Shown here piece after piece: positions 1-9,535 of a DNA stretch of 64,000 bases. Numbering within the stretch: the stretch's first letter is position 1; each line of letters begins with the position of its first letter. Both the position numbers and the translations under genes were made by a program. The DNA is from an uncultured Candidatus Melainabacteria bacterium (GTDB lineage Bacteria; Cyanobacteriota; Vampirovibrionia; Gastranaerophilales; Gastranaerophilaceae). Under the pieces are notes generated by a model. That model searched no databases. It was given only the letters and a program-made list of their open reading frames with translations, and was not told the DNA's origin. The stretch lies in NCBI GenBank assembly GCA_947364235.1, contig CANARY010000003.1, positions 184,868-248,867 of the forward strand, given 5' to 3'.

Positions 1-192
1 GTAAGTGACAGTATTTTGATGGAAAATGTTAATGTCGGCAGGTATTCTGAAATCAGAAAAGCTATTATTGATAAAAATGTTGAAATCCCGCCTTATACTA
101 AAATCGGTGTAAATAGAGATGAAGATATAGCAAGAGGTTTCTATGTTTCAGAAGGCGGAGTGACTGTGGTGCCTAAGAACGCAAGACTGTAA
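1..192 (+). CDS. glgC: Glucose-1-phosphate adenylyltransferase, C-terminal fragment (gene begins before the window)
   Basis: Frame 1 reads VSDSILMENVNVGRYSEIRKAIIDKNVEIPPYTKIGVNRDEDIARGFYVSEGGVTVVPKNARL*, matching the GlgC beta-helix C-terminus (S..M..V.IG....IR.AIIDK...IP....IG; GV.VVPK). Not in the ORF track. Confidence 0.75.
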   Translation, partial: VSDSILMENVNVGRYSEIRKAIIDKNVEIPPYTKIGVNRDEDIARGFYVSEGGVTVVPKNARL

Positions 193-231
193 CTAAAAGC
201 AGGCAAAGCTTTTATACAGGTATTTTTAATC

Positions 232-384
232 TCAAGGTTTTTCTACGTTGGGATAATTCTTTTTATCTTCTTCTACCCATACCAAAGTGATTGACAAAGG
301 TATTGACTCAAAAGGGTTTGTAGCGGCTTTGTCATACTTTTTTATTTTGTTATTCAGTAATTTAAAAAAACTTTTTACTTTCAT
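232..384 (-). CDS. Possible 50-aa hypothetical protein
   Basis: Hand translation gives MKVKSFFKLLNNKIKKYDKAATNPFESIPLSITLVWVEEDKKNYPNVEKP*. It fills the gap between glgC and the RHH gene. No recognised family. Confidence 0.3.
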   Translation of the reverse strand: MKVKSFFKLLNNKIKKYDKAATNPFESIPLSITLVWVEEDKKNYPNVEKP

Positions 385-472
385 ACATATATGTTTACAC
401 TGAACTTGTTTGTATAAATTGCCGAATTGGATGAACTATCCTGGATTAAAGTATTAATCCGAAAGCAGTGCA

Positions 473-637
473 TTACGGATGAAAGTTTTTTAGTGCATAA
501 TCAATGCATTGAACAATGAGTTCGTTTCTGCTGATATCAATTTTATGTGATACATCATCAAGTACCTTTAAAACATCAGCATCAAGCCTAATGCTAATAA
601 CTGTTTTCTCTGATTTAACTGGTTTGAACTCATTCAT
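473..637 (-). CDS. Ribbon-helix-helix (CopG/Arc-like) DNA-binding protein, 54 aa
   Basis: Hand translation gives MNEFKPVKSEKTVISIRLDADVLKVLDDVSHKIDISRNELIVQCIDYALKNFHP*. It has the RHH pattern (ISIRL strand, helix, SRNELI helix), with AGGT SD and TATAAT upstream. Below the track length cutoff. Confidence 0.7.
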   Translation of the reverse strand: MNEFKPVKSEKTVISIRLDADVLKVLDDVSHKIDISRNELIVQCIDYALKNFHP

Positions 638-675
638 AAATATTACCTAATATTATTATATTTGATGCGTGATAG

Positions 676-706
676 TATTTGTATATTCAAAAAACGATTA
701 CAAATA
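676..706. promoter_or_regulatory. Inverted repeat, possible operator between the RHH gene and the pilin-like pair
   Basis: TATTTGTA (676-683) and TACAAATA (699-706), 15-nt spacer, in a divergent intergenic region. Confidence 0.35.
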
Positions 707-776
707 GTATTTACTTTTTGAGTTCGATATGTTAATATACGCATAAAGTAACAATGTAACGAATGTATATATAAAT

Positions 777-2462
777 ATGAGAAAGATGAGAAATTCTGCT
801 AATGGATTTACTTTAGCAGAGATTATTGTAACGCTTGTTATTCTTGGTTTTGTAGGTGCGCTTGGCGTACCGATGCTTGGGGCTGGTAAAGTAAAGAAGC
901 CTCAAGAAGTTAAAGCATATCACGGAACTATAGAATGTTTCTGGGAAAATGGAAAGCTGATGCAATTTACTTCAAATAATACGACTAATAAAAGCGGTGA
1001 GTTGAAAGATGTTACCGGCGAAGGCGCATGCTACTTTACGGCTTCGACTGCGAATTTATTTGTTTTACACGCAATCGGAGCCGGAGGGGGCGGAGCAGTT
1101 GGGATGTCTGGACTGCCTTCTTATAAAAGTGCAACAAAAAAAGTAGAAGGTTACATTCCAACGGATACTTCGTTTTTATCTGTTATTTCAAACAAAGAGA
1201 AAGTTCCTGATTGGGTAAGAAATGAATGGGACAAACAATGGAGCAGTGATGATTCAAACTGGATAGAATATATTCTTGAATCTCCGCTTGGAAGTTCGGG
1301 TGATGGTGATTGTGCTCCAATACGTATTGATACCGAAGAAAATAAATACAATGATTGTTCAATGCGCTGTGTTGTAAATATAGAAGAATGTCCAGAATAT
1401 TGTATATACCGTTATTCAGCAAATGGAGGGAATTCCGGTAATGGAGCTAAGTACAAAGTAAAATCAAAAATAAATTATTCTCCAAAAGGTATGATGGACA
1501 ATATAGAGTTTATTAAAACGAAAGATGAATCGACTTTAAGAATAGGTGATAAGTTTATTACTCTTAAGCCTTCTGGTGATGGCAGAAAAGGTGTAGTAAA
1601 TGTCATCAACTATAGTAATGTTGAAGTGAAACATGGAGATAAAGGTGAAGATTTTAAAGTATCTGCTTCTAGCAATAATTATGTGTCATTTTCCGGGGTG
1701 AAATTAACTGAATGGCAGCAGTTAAATAATGCTCAAAAAGGCGGAGAAGGGTGTAAAACTCCAAATAAGCTGCCGATTATGGGTAAGGTATCTTTAGGAA
1801 AAGATAAACGAATTAAATATGAAACAGATTCGCTTGCAATTAATGCAAATTTTGGGCTTGCAGGAGATGCAGGCGAGAGTGTTGTTAAAATGCTGGAAAA
1901 ACTTCCAGCTGAGACTCAGTTAAAGTTAGTTCCTGTCAAAAGCAATACTGAAGGTATGCCGTGTACAGATAATATAGCAAGAACTTGTTCTTATATTTAT
2001 ATAAAAGATGATAAAACAGGAGAATGGAAGCCTTTTGTATCGGCGGGTTCAGGGATTGACGGCTGGGGCGGGACTGATATTCTGCCGGTTGAAGAAGGAG
2101 ATTTGCCTTTCCCAAGAGTTTATTTCCCTTATGCATTTCGTTATGCACAGCCAGTTCCTTCGCTGACAGCTGGGGCTGCTTATAAAAGCTATATTGCAAA
2201 TAAAAAGGGTTCTAATATGCCTGGGGCATCGGGAGAAGGGGCTCATCCGATTGTGACTCACGTTGAAGGCAATGCTGTACATTGGATTAATGGCAAGAGA
2301 ACGGGTAATGAACCTTTAAAACCGCTTGCGAATGATAAAATAATGTGTTTTGACGGTGCTTCATTTAGTAACCCTAATCCTGGTAAACCTTGGGATCAGC
2401 CAACGTATTGCGGTTTCGGCGAGACAAAAGGACAACCCGGAGCTGTTGTAATATCCTGGTAG
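777..2462 (+). CDS. Large type IV pilin-like protein (prepilin N-terminal cleavage/methylation motif) with glycine-rich domain
   Basis: G/FTLAE class III signal followed by a hydrophobic helix; LHAIGAGGGG motif; C-terminal GQPGAVVISW. Confidence 0.8.
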   Translation: MRKMRNSANGFTLAEIIVTLVILGFVGALGVPMLGAGKVKKPQEVKAYHGTIECFWENGKLMQFTSNNTTNKSGELKDVTGEGACYFTASTANLFVLHAIGAGGGGAVGMSGLPSYKSATKKVEGYIPTDTSFLSVISNKEKVPDWVRNEWDKQWSSDDSNWIEYILESPLGSSGDGDCAPIRIDTEENKYNDCSMRCVVNIEECPEYCIYRYSANGGNSGNGAKYKVKSKINYSPKGMMDNIEFIKTKDESTLRIGDKFITLKPSGDGRKGVVNVINYSNVEVKHGDKGEDFKVSASSNNYVSFSGVKLTEWQQLNNAQKGGEGCKTPNKLPIMGKVSLGKDKRIKYETDSLAINANFGLAGDAGESVVKMLEKLPAETQLKLVPVKSNTEGMPCTDNIARTCSYIYIKDDKTGEWKPFVSAGSGIDGWGGTDILPVEEGDLPFPRVYFPYAFRYAQPVPSLTAGAAYKSYIANKKGSNMPGASGEGAHPIVTHVEGNAVHWINGKRTGNEPLKPLANDKIMCFDGASFSNPNPGKPWDQPTYCGFGETKGQPGAVVISW

Positions 2463-2481
2463 GTTGATTGTGAGGAAGTAT

Positions 2482-4485
2482 ATGAAAGATTTAAAGCAAG
2501 GTTTTACATTAGTTGAATTGATGGTATTTTTTATTTTTATATCAATATTACTTGCAGCTTCAACTCCTATAATTACTAAGCGTGCAAAAAATATTCCTTT
2601 AAAAATGCATCATGGTAAATACATTTGCTATGGAAACAAGCATGAATATTATAATGCATCCAGGCTTGTTTCTTCTGGAGCAGGGTGTAAGTTTACTCCT
2701 CCTAAAAGAGCTTCTTTATTTAAAATAGAGCTTGTAGGAGCGGGGGCAGGCGGATATAATTATATCGTTCCTCCTTATGAAACAATGGATCAAGAAGTTT
2801 ATAATTTTTCTCTGGCAAATGCACAAAATGCCTGCAGCGTTGAGGGGAAAGGTGTAACCTGTCCCCCTGACGCTCTTTTACGCGAGCTTTTGAAGTATGC
2901 TCCATTTACTTTATCAGTAACTTCAACTTCTGCAGGAGATGGAGCTAATGTTTATGAAAATTATGTTGGAGTTTCTTGTCCAACAATTTCAAAAGGCGTT
3001 GATTGCTGGTCGCCGAGGACAATTGCTTATGATTGTAAACAGAAAGTAGAAGATGGAAAAGATGAAGAGGGAAATACAATATATAAAGAAGTTGATTCAA
3101 CTTGTTATCGCAGCTCAACCCAGGCAGAAGATGGTGCGTTAGATTTGTATACTTGTAAGGAGATTGAGTCTGCTATAAGTAAAGTGGCTTCTTCTATTGT
3201 AAATAGAACTTCTTGCGGGGTGAATGATTGGTGCCGTACGTTAGCGAATGAGCCTTTTATTTCTCCTTATAAATCTCAGGTAGAATGGTTTAAAGGTATG
3301 ATAAGCGGATTTGGAAATCCGGGACTTATAGCAACTGGAGCAGGAGCAAAAGGCGGTAAAGGGACTAAGTTCTATCTTGACGGCTATATTGATTTCTGTA
3401 ATCACAATAATTATCAAGGAAATGGTTGTCCCAGCGGAAATATCAAAGATTCTCGTTATATAAAAGACAATCAAGTTAAAAGCTATCTTTCTAAATTATT
3501 TACGGAATTTTATGTGACCGGAACTGTGCTGAGTAAAGGGTCTTGTTCATCTAACTGGGGATTAACTGATTATAAAGAATACCCGAAAACAGAGGTAACG
3601 ACTAAAAATTATAAACATGGCAAAAATGGCCGTGATGTATTACATTATAATGCGATAAGAGCTTGGGGAGCCTGTACTACAAACTCAGACAGGCCAAAAG
3701 GCGGAGAAGGCGGATGGCTGTCTATAGATGAAGGCAGCAGTATGATATACGGAAGTACAAGCACAGGAAGTGTAAAACAAGGAGTTGATGCAGTTCCAGG
3801 GCTCAGTGCATTAGTACAATACGGGCCTTACAGGGCTCAGCTGGGTGATAAAGAAACTTCAATACCTGCTGTAAGTGTACGAACTGAGCTTAATACAAGG
3901 CATCATACAGTTGGTAACGGCGGGGGAGCTGCGAAACCTACAGTAATAAAATATGTGTCAAGCCTTAATAATGATTGTATTTTTAATGTTGGAAAAGGAG
4001 GACCTCCAATTGAGCCGAATACTCCTGCTGCAGAAATAAAGTTACTAGAAGAGTCCCTTGAAACATCTTTGTCTTGTAATAATAACACTCTTTACTTATG
4101 GGCAGAGGGCGGGCGATATAATACTGGTATTTTTAACAAAGATTATCCAGGATTTTTAAATCTATCTTCCAGCGGTTATTATAGTGACAGTATACCAAGA
4201 TATGAAACTATTGTATTTGGCGGAAATTCTCCGTATGTTTCAACAGATGTGTTTACTAAATATAATATAAAAAATTCAAACTGGGGAGCTGGAGGACACG
4301 GAAATGAAATTATTGATGAATGTACAAAACCTTATGGAGAATATGAGTTAAAACGTATGTACGGTTCTAATGCTGATAAAACAATAAGGAAACCTATTGA
4401 TAGGGTTGAGTGTGATGAGACTAAAAGTGTTTATTTGCATGAAGCAAAGAGCGGTTCGGACGGAGTTATCATAATTTCCTGGTAA
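2482..4485 (+). CDS. Large type IV pilin-like protein with glycine-rich domain (paralog of the upstream gene)
   Basis: G/FTLVE signal, IELVGAGAGG, C-terminal GSDGVIIISW. Start moved from the track's 2464 to ATG 2482, which follows a GAGGA SD. Confidence 0.8.
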   Translation: MKDLKQGFTLVELMVFFIFISILLAASTPIITKRAKNIPLKMHHGKYICYGNKHEYYNASRLVSSGAGCKFTPPKRASLFKIELVGAGAGGYNYIVPPYETMDQEVYNFSLANAQNACSVEGKGVTCPPDALLRELLKYAPFTLSVTSTSAGDGANVYENYVGVSCPTISKGVDCWSPRTIAYDCKQKVEDGKDEEGNTIYKEVDSTCYRSSTQAEDGALDLYTCKEIESAISKVASSIVNRTSCGVNDWCRTLANEPFISPYKSQVEWFKGMISGFGNPGLIATGAGAKGGKGTKFYLDGYIDFCNHNNYQGNGCPSGNIKDSRYIKDNQVKSYLSKLFTEFYVTGTVLSKGSCSSNWGLTDYKEYPKTEVTTKNYKHGKNGRDVLHYNAIRAWGACTTNSDRPKGGEGGWLSIDEGSSMIYGSTSTGSVKQGVDAVPGLSALVQYGPYRAQLGDKETSIPAVSVRTELNTRHHTVGNGGGAAKPTVIKYVSSLNNDCIFNVGKGGPPIEPNTPAAEIKLLEESLETSLSCNNNTLYLWAEGGRYNTGIFNKDYPGFLNLSSSGYYSDSIPRYETIVFGGNSPYVSTDVFTKYNIKNSNWGAGGHGNEIIDECTKPYGEYELKRMYGSNADKTIRKPIDRVECDETKSVYLHEAKSGSDGVIIISW

Positions 4486-4488
4486 TAC

Positions 4489-5337
4489 TTAGATTCTAAC
4501 TTCAAGCGCCGGATTTTTCCTGAACCAGGTAAGCTGGCGCTTGGCGTAGTTCCTGGAATGCTGTTTTAATTTATCAAGAGCTTCTTCTAAAGTACATTCT
4601 CTGTCTAAATATGCTAGAATTTCCTGATATCCGATTGTGCATACAAAGTTCTTTATCCGCCCGTGTTTTTTAAGAAGATATTTTGTTTCATCGATTAAGC
4701 CTTTTTCGACCATAATATCAACCCGCCTGTTTATCCTGTCGTACAGCTCTTCTCGTGAGCTAAGCTCCGGCATGAGCCATTCGGCTTCAAATTCAGGTTC
4801 TTTTTTGAGTTCTATGTCTGAAAGCGGACGGTTTAATACTTTTATTACTTCAAGTGCACGTACAATTCTGCGCTTGTTTGCGTCTTTAACTCTTTCAAAA
4901 GTTAGTATATCAAGCTTTTTGAGCTCTTCCAGCAAATCTTCTTTTTCTCTTAAATCAAGTTCTTCTCTAAGCTTTGGGTTAGCTTCTACTCGGGGAAGGT
5001 TGTAGTTTTCAAGAAGTATTCTAAAATAAAGCCCTGTTCCGCCTGCAACAATCGGCGTTTTTCCGCGTGAAAGTATATCGTAAATTGCTTTCTTGGCGTC
5101 ATCGTGATAATTTCCGGCTGAGTAATCAAATTCCGGCTCAACAATATCAATAAGATGATGAGGAACTCCTTCTCGCTCTTCCATATCAGGCTTTGCAGAA
5201 GCTATGTCAAATCCTTTGTATACAAGCCTTGAATCAGCGGAAACAACCTCGCCGTTCATTTGTTTTGCGAGTTTGATTGCAAGTGCTGTTTTTCCGCTGG
5301 CAGTCGGACCGACTACTGCTATTACTTTAGGTTTCAT
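4489..5337 (-). CDS. miaA: tRNA dimethylallyltransferase
   Basis: VVGPTASGKT P-loop, VSADSRLVY, GGTGLY, RNYAKRQLTWFR. Confidence 0.97.
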   Translation of the reverse strand: MKPKVIAVVGPTASGKTALAIKLAKQMNGEVVSADSRLVYKGFDIASAKPDMEEREGVPHHLIDIVEPEFDYSAGNYHDDAKKAIYDILSRGKTPIVAGGTGLYFRILLENYNLPRVEANPKLREELDLREKEDLLEELKKLDILTFERVKDANKRRIVRALEVIKVLNRPLSDIELKKEPEFEAEWLMPELSSREELYDRINRRVDIMVEKGLIDETKYLLKKHGRIKNFVCTIGYQEILAYLDRECTLEEALDKLKQHSRNYAKRQLTWFRKNPALEVRI

Positions 5338-5382
5338 AACTATATTCTACCGTAAAATAAGAAAGTATGTTATAATAAACGT
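5338..5382. promoter_or_regulatory. Back-to-back -10 elements, each 6 nt from a start codon (divergent leaderless promoters)
   Basis: Minus strand: TAGAAT (5344-5349), atagtt, ATG of miaA. Plus strand: TG-T-TATAAT (5371-5376), aaacgt, ATG 5383. No SD on either side. Confidence 0.7.
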
Positions 5383-6207
5383 ATGTTAAAGAAAATTTTT
5401 GCATCAATTTTACTTTCAATGTCAATTTCTGTTTATGCTGCAGAAATCCCTGTTGATGCAAAATTAGATTATAATCAGGGGATAGATTTTTATAAGCTTG
5501 GTATGTATGAACGCGCGATTGAGTCGTTTCGTTCTGCAGTAAGAGCTTATCCGGATTATACAGATGCTTATTATAATCTGGCGGCTGTTCTTGAGTATCT
5601 CAAACAGTATGCTGAAGCACTTTCTGTCTACAAACAGGTTTATTTGAGAAGCCCGAATGATTATGAAGTTATATACAAGCTTGCTTATATTAGCTCAAAG
5701 CTTGATGATAACGCTAAAGCAGCAGAATATTTGAAGCTTATTCCAGAGACCAGCAGTTATTATAAACGCGGTCAGGAGCTTGCTGAGACGATAAAAGTAT
5801 CTACAGAGCTTCCTCCTCCGCAGGCAAATGCGCCTTCAAAAATAGCTTCTCATACAGGAGTGTATGAAAATATTTTGAGTCCGACCGGTATAACAACAGA
5901 TAAATCGGGAAATATTTATGTTGCAACTTTTTCTGATAATACAATTATAAAAATTACTCCTGACGGGAAAAGACAAGTTTTCTTGAAAAGTACTCTCATA
6001 AGCGGTCCGATTAGTTTAACGTCTGATAGTATCGGAAATCTTTATGTTTCTAACTACAATACCAATAATGTTGTTAAAATTACACCTCAGGGAGCTGCTT
6101 CTGTTTTTGTTTCGAAGCTTGATAAACCTTACGGTCTGCATATCGAAGGCAACATGCTCTTTATAACCTGCCAGGGTTCAAACGCAATTTTCAGGCAGAA
6201 ACTTTAG
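5383..6207 (+). CDS. Exported TPR-repeat protein with C-terminal NHL/SMP-30-like beta-propeller repeats
   Basis: Signal peptide; TPRs (YNQGIDFY, DAYYNLAAVL); NHL-like PTGITTDKSGNIYV, PISLTSDSIGNLYV, PYGLHIEG. Confidence 0.8.
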   Translation: MLKKIFASILLSMSISVYAAEIPVDAKLDYNQGIDFYKLGMYERAIESFRSAVRAYPDYTDAYYNLAAVLEYLKQYAEALSVYKQVYLRSPNDYEVIYKLAYISSKLDDNAKAAEYLKLIPETSSYYKRGQELAETIKVSTELPPPQANAPSKIASHTGVYENILSPTGITTDKSGNIYVATFSDNTIIKITPDGKRQVFLKSTLISGPISLTSDSIGNLYVSNYNTNNVVKITPQGAASVFVSKLDKPYGLHIEGNMLFITCQGSNAIFRQKL

Positions 6208-6253
6208 GACCTATAGTCTGTAGTTCCAAATCAACCCAATATATTTACCTTCC

Positions 6254-7060
6254 CTATAAATAGCATTTAGATTCTTCGCCGTCTACTCCAGCAAATAGCT
6301 CAACGTATTGTTTTGCAGGGCTTGAGTCTATTTTTGTAAACAAAACTTCTTCTATCTGGAAAAAACCGACATCTGCAGACATGTCGACAGTAATTTTTAT
6401 TGGTTTTCTTTCTCCGTGCTGAATTCTAATTCTATTAATTGCATTAGCTGAATACTTGTGAATATCACCGACTTTCGGAGTTGTATTGATTGAAAGCGGA
6501 ATTCTTGCTCTGCCTTTTGTCATATCGCATCCGTCGGCAATAAGAATAATTCCGGCTTCAATTGAATGGATTTTTCTTGATGACATGTGTCCGATAATTG
6601 CTTCAATAACAACTGAGCGGATTACGACTCTTCTATGCAAATCGTTAGGAAAAACATGCATCAAAGCCCGTTCGATTAAAGGTTTAGCAAGGATAACAGA
6701 CATTTCTTCGTGTCCCTGCCTTCCAATCATCATACCTAAATCGTGCATAAGTCCTGCTAAAATGACTGCACACATACTGTCTTCAAAAGTTCCGATTTCT
6801 TCTGTTTCTAAAGAAGTTTTGATTCCGCATTCGTGCAGAATGTTTAACATTTTGATTGAATTTGCTGCTACTTGTCTCATGTGAACAGGGCCGTGGTCGT
6901 TGTAGCCAAGGCGTTTGATTGAGACATTATTTGCGTAATCCTGCATTTCTTGCAATTCTTCATCTTCAAACAAATAATTTACAAGCTTCAAACAGTTAGG
7001 GTAACCTTGCAGTCTCTTTAAAATTTTAGACTCTACTGATACTTCTTTAACTGACTTCAT
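6254..7060 (-). CDS. HD-superfamily phosphohydrolase (COG3294-like)
   Basis: GYNDHGPVH, LMHDLG and ADGCD motifs. Confidence 0.85.
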   Translation of the reverse strand: MKSVKEVSVESKILKRLQGYPNCLKLVNYLFEDEELQEMQDYANNVSIKRLGYNDHGPVHMRQVAANSIKMLNILHECGIKTSLETEEIGTFEDSMCAVILAGLMHDLGMMIGRQGHEEMSVILAKPLIERALMHVFPNDLHRRVVIRSVVIEAIIGHMSSRKIHSIEAGIILIADGCDMTKGRARIPLSINTTPKVGDIHKYSANAINRIRIQHGERKPIKITVDMSADVGFFQIEEVLFTKIDSSPAKQYVELFAGVDGEESKCYL

Positions 7061-7078
7061 ATACTCATGATAACATTA

Positions 7079-8455
7079 TTATTTGAGTTTATCAATATGT
7101 AGTATAAGCGGTTTTTCCTTAGGAGAGAGTTTGAGCATAAGTTTGCAAAAACTTGTAATATAACTTGGTGTCAGTTGAACTTTTTTAAAAATTCCGTTGT
7201 TGCATAGTTCGATTAATCTGTCGACATACTTTTGGCAATAATTATAAGTTTCTGGATGTATTCTAAGCTGTTCGGCAATTGTTCTGTGACCGCGTTCAGA
7301 GTTAAAGTAGGCAGTTGTAATTGCGTAGTTTTCAATACAGTTTCTGCCTTTTTTAGAATAAGGTACCAGATGGTCAATACTTCCGGAAGAAGATTTAACA
7401 ATACTGTTTCCAATTTTTTCAGATGAAAGTTCAGCGTGTTTCATAATAAACGCAGAAAGACTTTCATGAGAAGTTGGCAGCTTTATTGCGGCTTTATTTA
7501 TTCTATGAGCAAGTTTTGTGTTTTCAAGGGTGTCAGTAATTATTTTTATATCTTCAATGAATGATTTTCTGTTAAATGGAATTATAATTGGGGTGCCATA
7601 AATTTTTGCACGTGTTTGAGTGAATAGCCGCATTAAATCAGCGTTATTTCGAAGTACACTTTCAGCTGCCATTATTTCCATTTTTGTAAGCAGTTCTGCT
7701 CTTTTTCTGGTCAAAGTTTTTTCGCTTCTGGATTGTTTTACTCTTTTTGCTTTTGAAATATTAATAGTTGGTTCTACTGGGTCAGGCATTTTTTTTGCTA
7801 AGCGCATAAGTTTAAGCATTACATTAAATTCAACGCCTTTATGCTTTTTTGAATATTCATTTGCAATTTGGTGCAGCTTGTATCTGAATTCCCTGCCGTC
7901 GTATGGTAAAACAACAGGTTCGTGGTTAATTCTTTTACACACTGTATCAATTAATGCATCAAATTGACGTAATTGTTCATCCGGCATCTGGCTTGCAAGT
8001 TCAGAAATTTCTTCAAGAACGGGAATTTGTTCTTTAATAAGCTTTTTATTTTGTTCCGGAGCTAATACACGGATAACATCTTCGAGGTGATATTGCGGGT
8101 TCACTTTTGCCATGTTTTTGACTATTGAGAAGAATTGTCCTTCTACACTGAGAAGCCTGTCTTCATAAGGCATTAATGCTTTCACAATATGCCTTATTGT
8201 TTTTGCAAAAGTGTGTTTTTTATTCATTGCATCAATGGTTTCTTGCGGAATAACATATTTTCCTGAATAAATTCCGGGTATTCCGTAGCTCATTAATGCT
8301 CTCAGAGGTTCTGCATGTTTTGCAGCGCCTTGAAACGAAACTGCGTCGACTTGTAGCGGCTGCGTCAATACAGGCTCCCTGTATTGAGAATAATCATACT
8401 GATTATTCTTATTTATTCCTAAAAGTTGATTAGTGAAGATTGGTAAAATTCTCAT
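7079..8455 (-). CDS. Hypothetical protein with C-terminal HNH-like motif
   Basis: SIDHLVPYSKKG...ENYAITTAYFNSERG resembles an HNH core (DH..P...GG....N.......N..KG) without the CxxC. AGGAG SD. Confidence 0.6.
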   Translation of the reverse strand: MRILPIFTNQLLGINKNNQYDYSQYREPVLTQPLQVDAVSFQGAAKHAEPLRALMSYGIPGIYSGKYVIPQETIDAMNKKHTFAKTIRHIVKALMPYEDRLLSVEGQFFSIVKNMAKVNPQYHLEDVIRVLAPEQNKKLIKEQIPVLEEISELASQMPDEQLRQFDALIDTVCKRINHEPVVLPYDGREFRYKLHQIANEYSKKHKGVEFNVMLKLMRLAKKMPDPVEPTINISKAKRVKQSRSEKTLTRKRAELLTKMEIMAAESVLRNNADLMRLFTQTRAKIYGTPIIIPFNRKSFIEDIKIITDTLENTKLAHRINKAAIKLPTSHESLSAFIMKHAELSSEKIGNSIVKSSSGSIDHLVPYSKKGRNCIENYAITTAYFNSERGHRTIAEQLRIHPETYNYCQKYVDRLIELCNNGIFKKVQLTPSYITSFCKLMLKLSPKEKPLILHIDKLK

Positions 8456-8491
8456 GTTTAATTAAAACTCCTAAAAAATAAATTTGCTATA

Positions 8492-8521
8492 AAAAAGGAA
8501 GATTTTTTAATCTTCCTTTTT
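8492..8521. terminator. Intrinsic terminator after secF (possibly bidirectional)
   Basis: AAAAAGGAAGATT-tttt-AATCTTCCTTTTT inverted repeat. Confidence 0.75.
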
Positions 8522-8527
8522 CAAAGT

Positions 8528-9460
8528 TTAAGCTGTTTTTTTATCTTCCCAAATATCAACTAAAGTCGAACAGAAGAATATGCTTGAATACGTTCCTATT
8601 GCAATACCCAAAATCATCGCAAGAACAAAATCTCTTGTTGTAACTCCGCCTAAGAAATATAAAGCAAGAAGAGTAATTAATGTTGTAACAGAAGTGTTGA
8701 TACTTCTTGTTAAAGTCTGATTAATACTTGCGTTCATAATTTCTCCGAAAGTCATTTTCTTAGAATAGTATTTTAAGTTTTCACGCACACGGTCAAAAAC
8801 AACGATTGTATCGTGAACTGAGAAACCGATTACTGTAAGAAGCGCTGTTACAAATAAAGCATCGATTTGAACATCGTATAAAAGCCCTAAAATTGAAAAC
8901 ACACCGCATACAAATAGAGCATCGTGCACCAAGCCTAATATTGCAGCTAGAGCGTAATCAAACTGGAATCTGAATGTAAGATAAGCAATAATTCCGATAA
9001 GTGCCAGAGATAAAGCTATCATAGAGTTTTTAAACAACTCCATACCTAAAGTAGGACCTACAGAAGCCACCTGGACAAGCTGCGGATCTGAGAATTCGCT
9101 GTTAACAATGTTTGTAATATTATCCTGTTCAGAAGAACCTTCTGTAATAAATTTTGTTCTAATAGAAAGTATAGATTTCAAATCGCTTTCTTGAGAGTTA
9201 ACGTGAATAATCTGTAAATAAGGATTATCAATTCCGCCTTTTTCAAGAGCGCTGCGGACATCAGCTAACTTATTGTTTGAAATTTCTTCTTTAACACCAT
9301 ATTGGAGTGTTGTTCCTCCTGTATAATCAATACCGACTTTTAAAGGTGTATGAGTCGGATAAGTTATTGTTGAATAAATCATTGCGGCAATACCCGGCAA
9401 TAAAAGAATTGCAGAGAGAGCCAAAAATATAAATCTGTTTTTTACTATATCTAATTTCAT
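8528..9460 (-). CDS. secF: Protein translocase subunit SecF
   Basis: GIDYTGGT, VGPTLG, IGFSVHDTIVVFDRVRE, TLTRSINTS. Confidence 0.97.
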   Translation of the reverse strand: MKLDIVKNRFIFLALSAILLLPGIAAMIYSTITYPTHTPLKVGIDYTGGTTLQYGVKEEISNNKLADVRSALEKGGIDNPYLQIIHVNSQESDLKSILSIRTKFITEGSSEQDNITNIVNSEFSDPQLVQVASVGPTLGMELFKNSMIALSLALIGIIAYLTFRFQFDYALAAILGLVHDALFVCGVFSILGLLYDVQIDALFVTALLTVIGFSVHDTIVVFDRVRENLKYYSKKMTFGEIMNASINQTLTRSINTSVTTLITLLALYFLGGVTTRDFVLAMILGIAIGTYSSIFFCSTLVDIWEDKKTA

Positions 9461-9535
9461 TATTTTTTCCTTCTTGTAGTTCTGTTTTGAGGGAGACTTG
9501 TAGTTTTGCCTCCCAACCCAATCATTTACCCCTGC

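Noticed and set aside
732-765. ACGCATAA resembling the XerC arm of a dif site
   Set aside because: No XerD arm (TTATGTTAAAT-like) at 6-nt spacing.
777-4485. Pilin-like genes as diversity-generating retroelement targets
   Set aside because: No reverse transcriptase or template repeat in the window.
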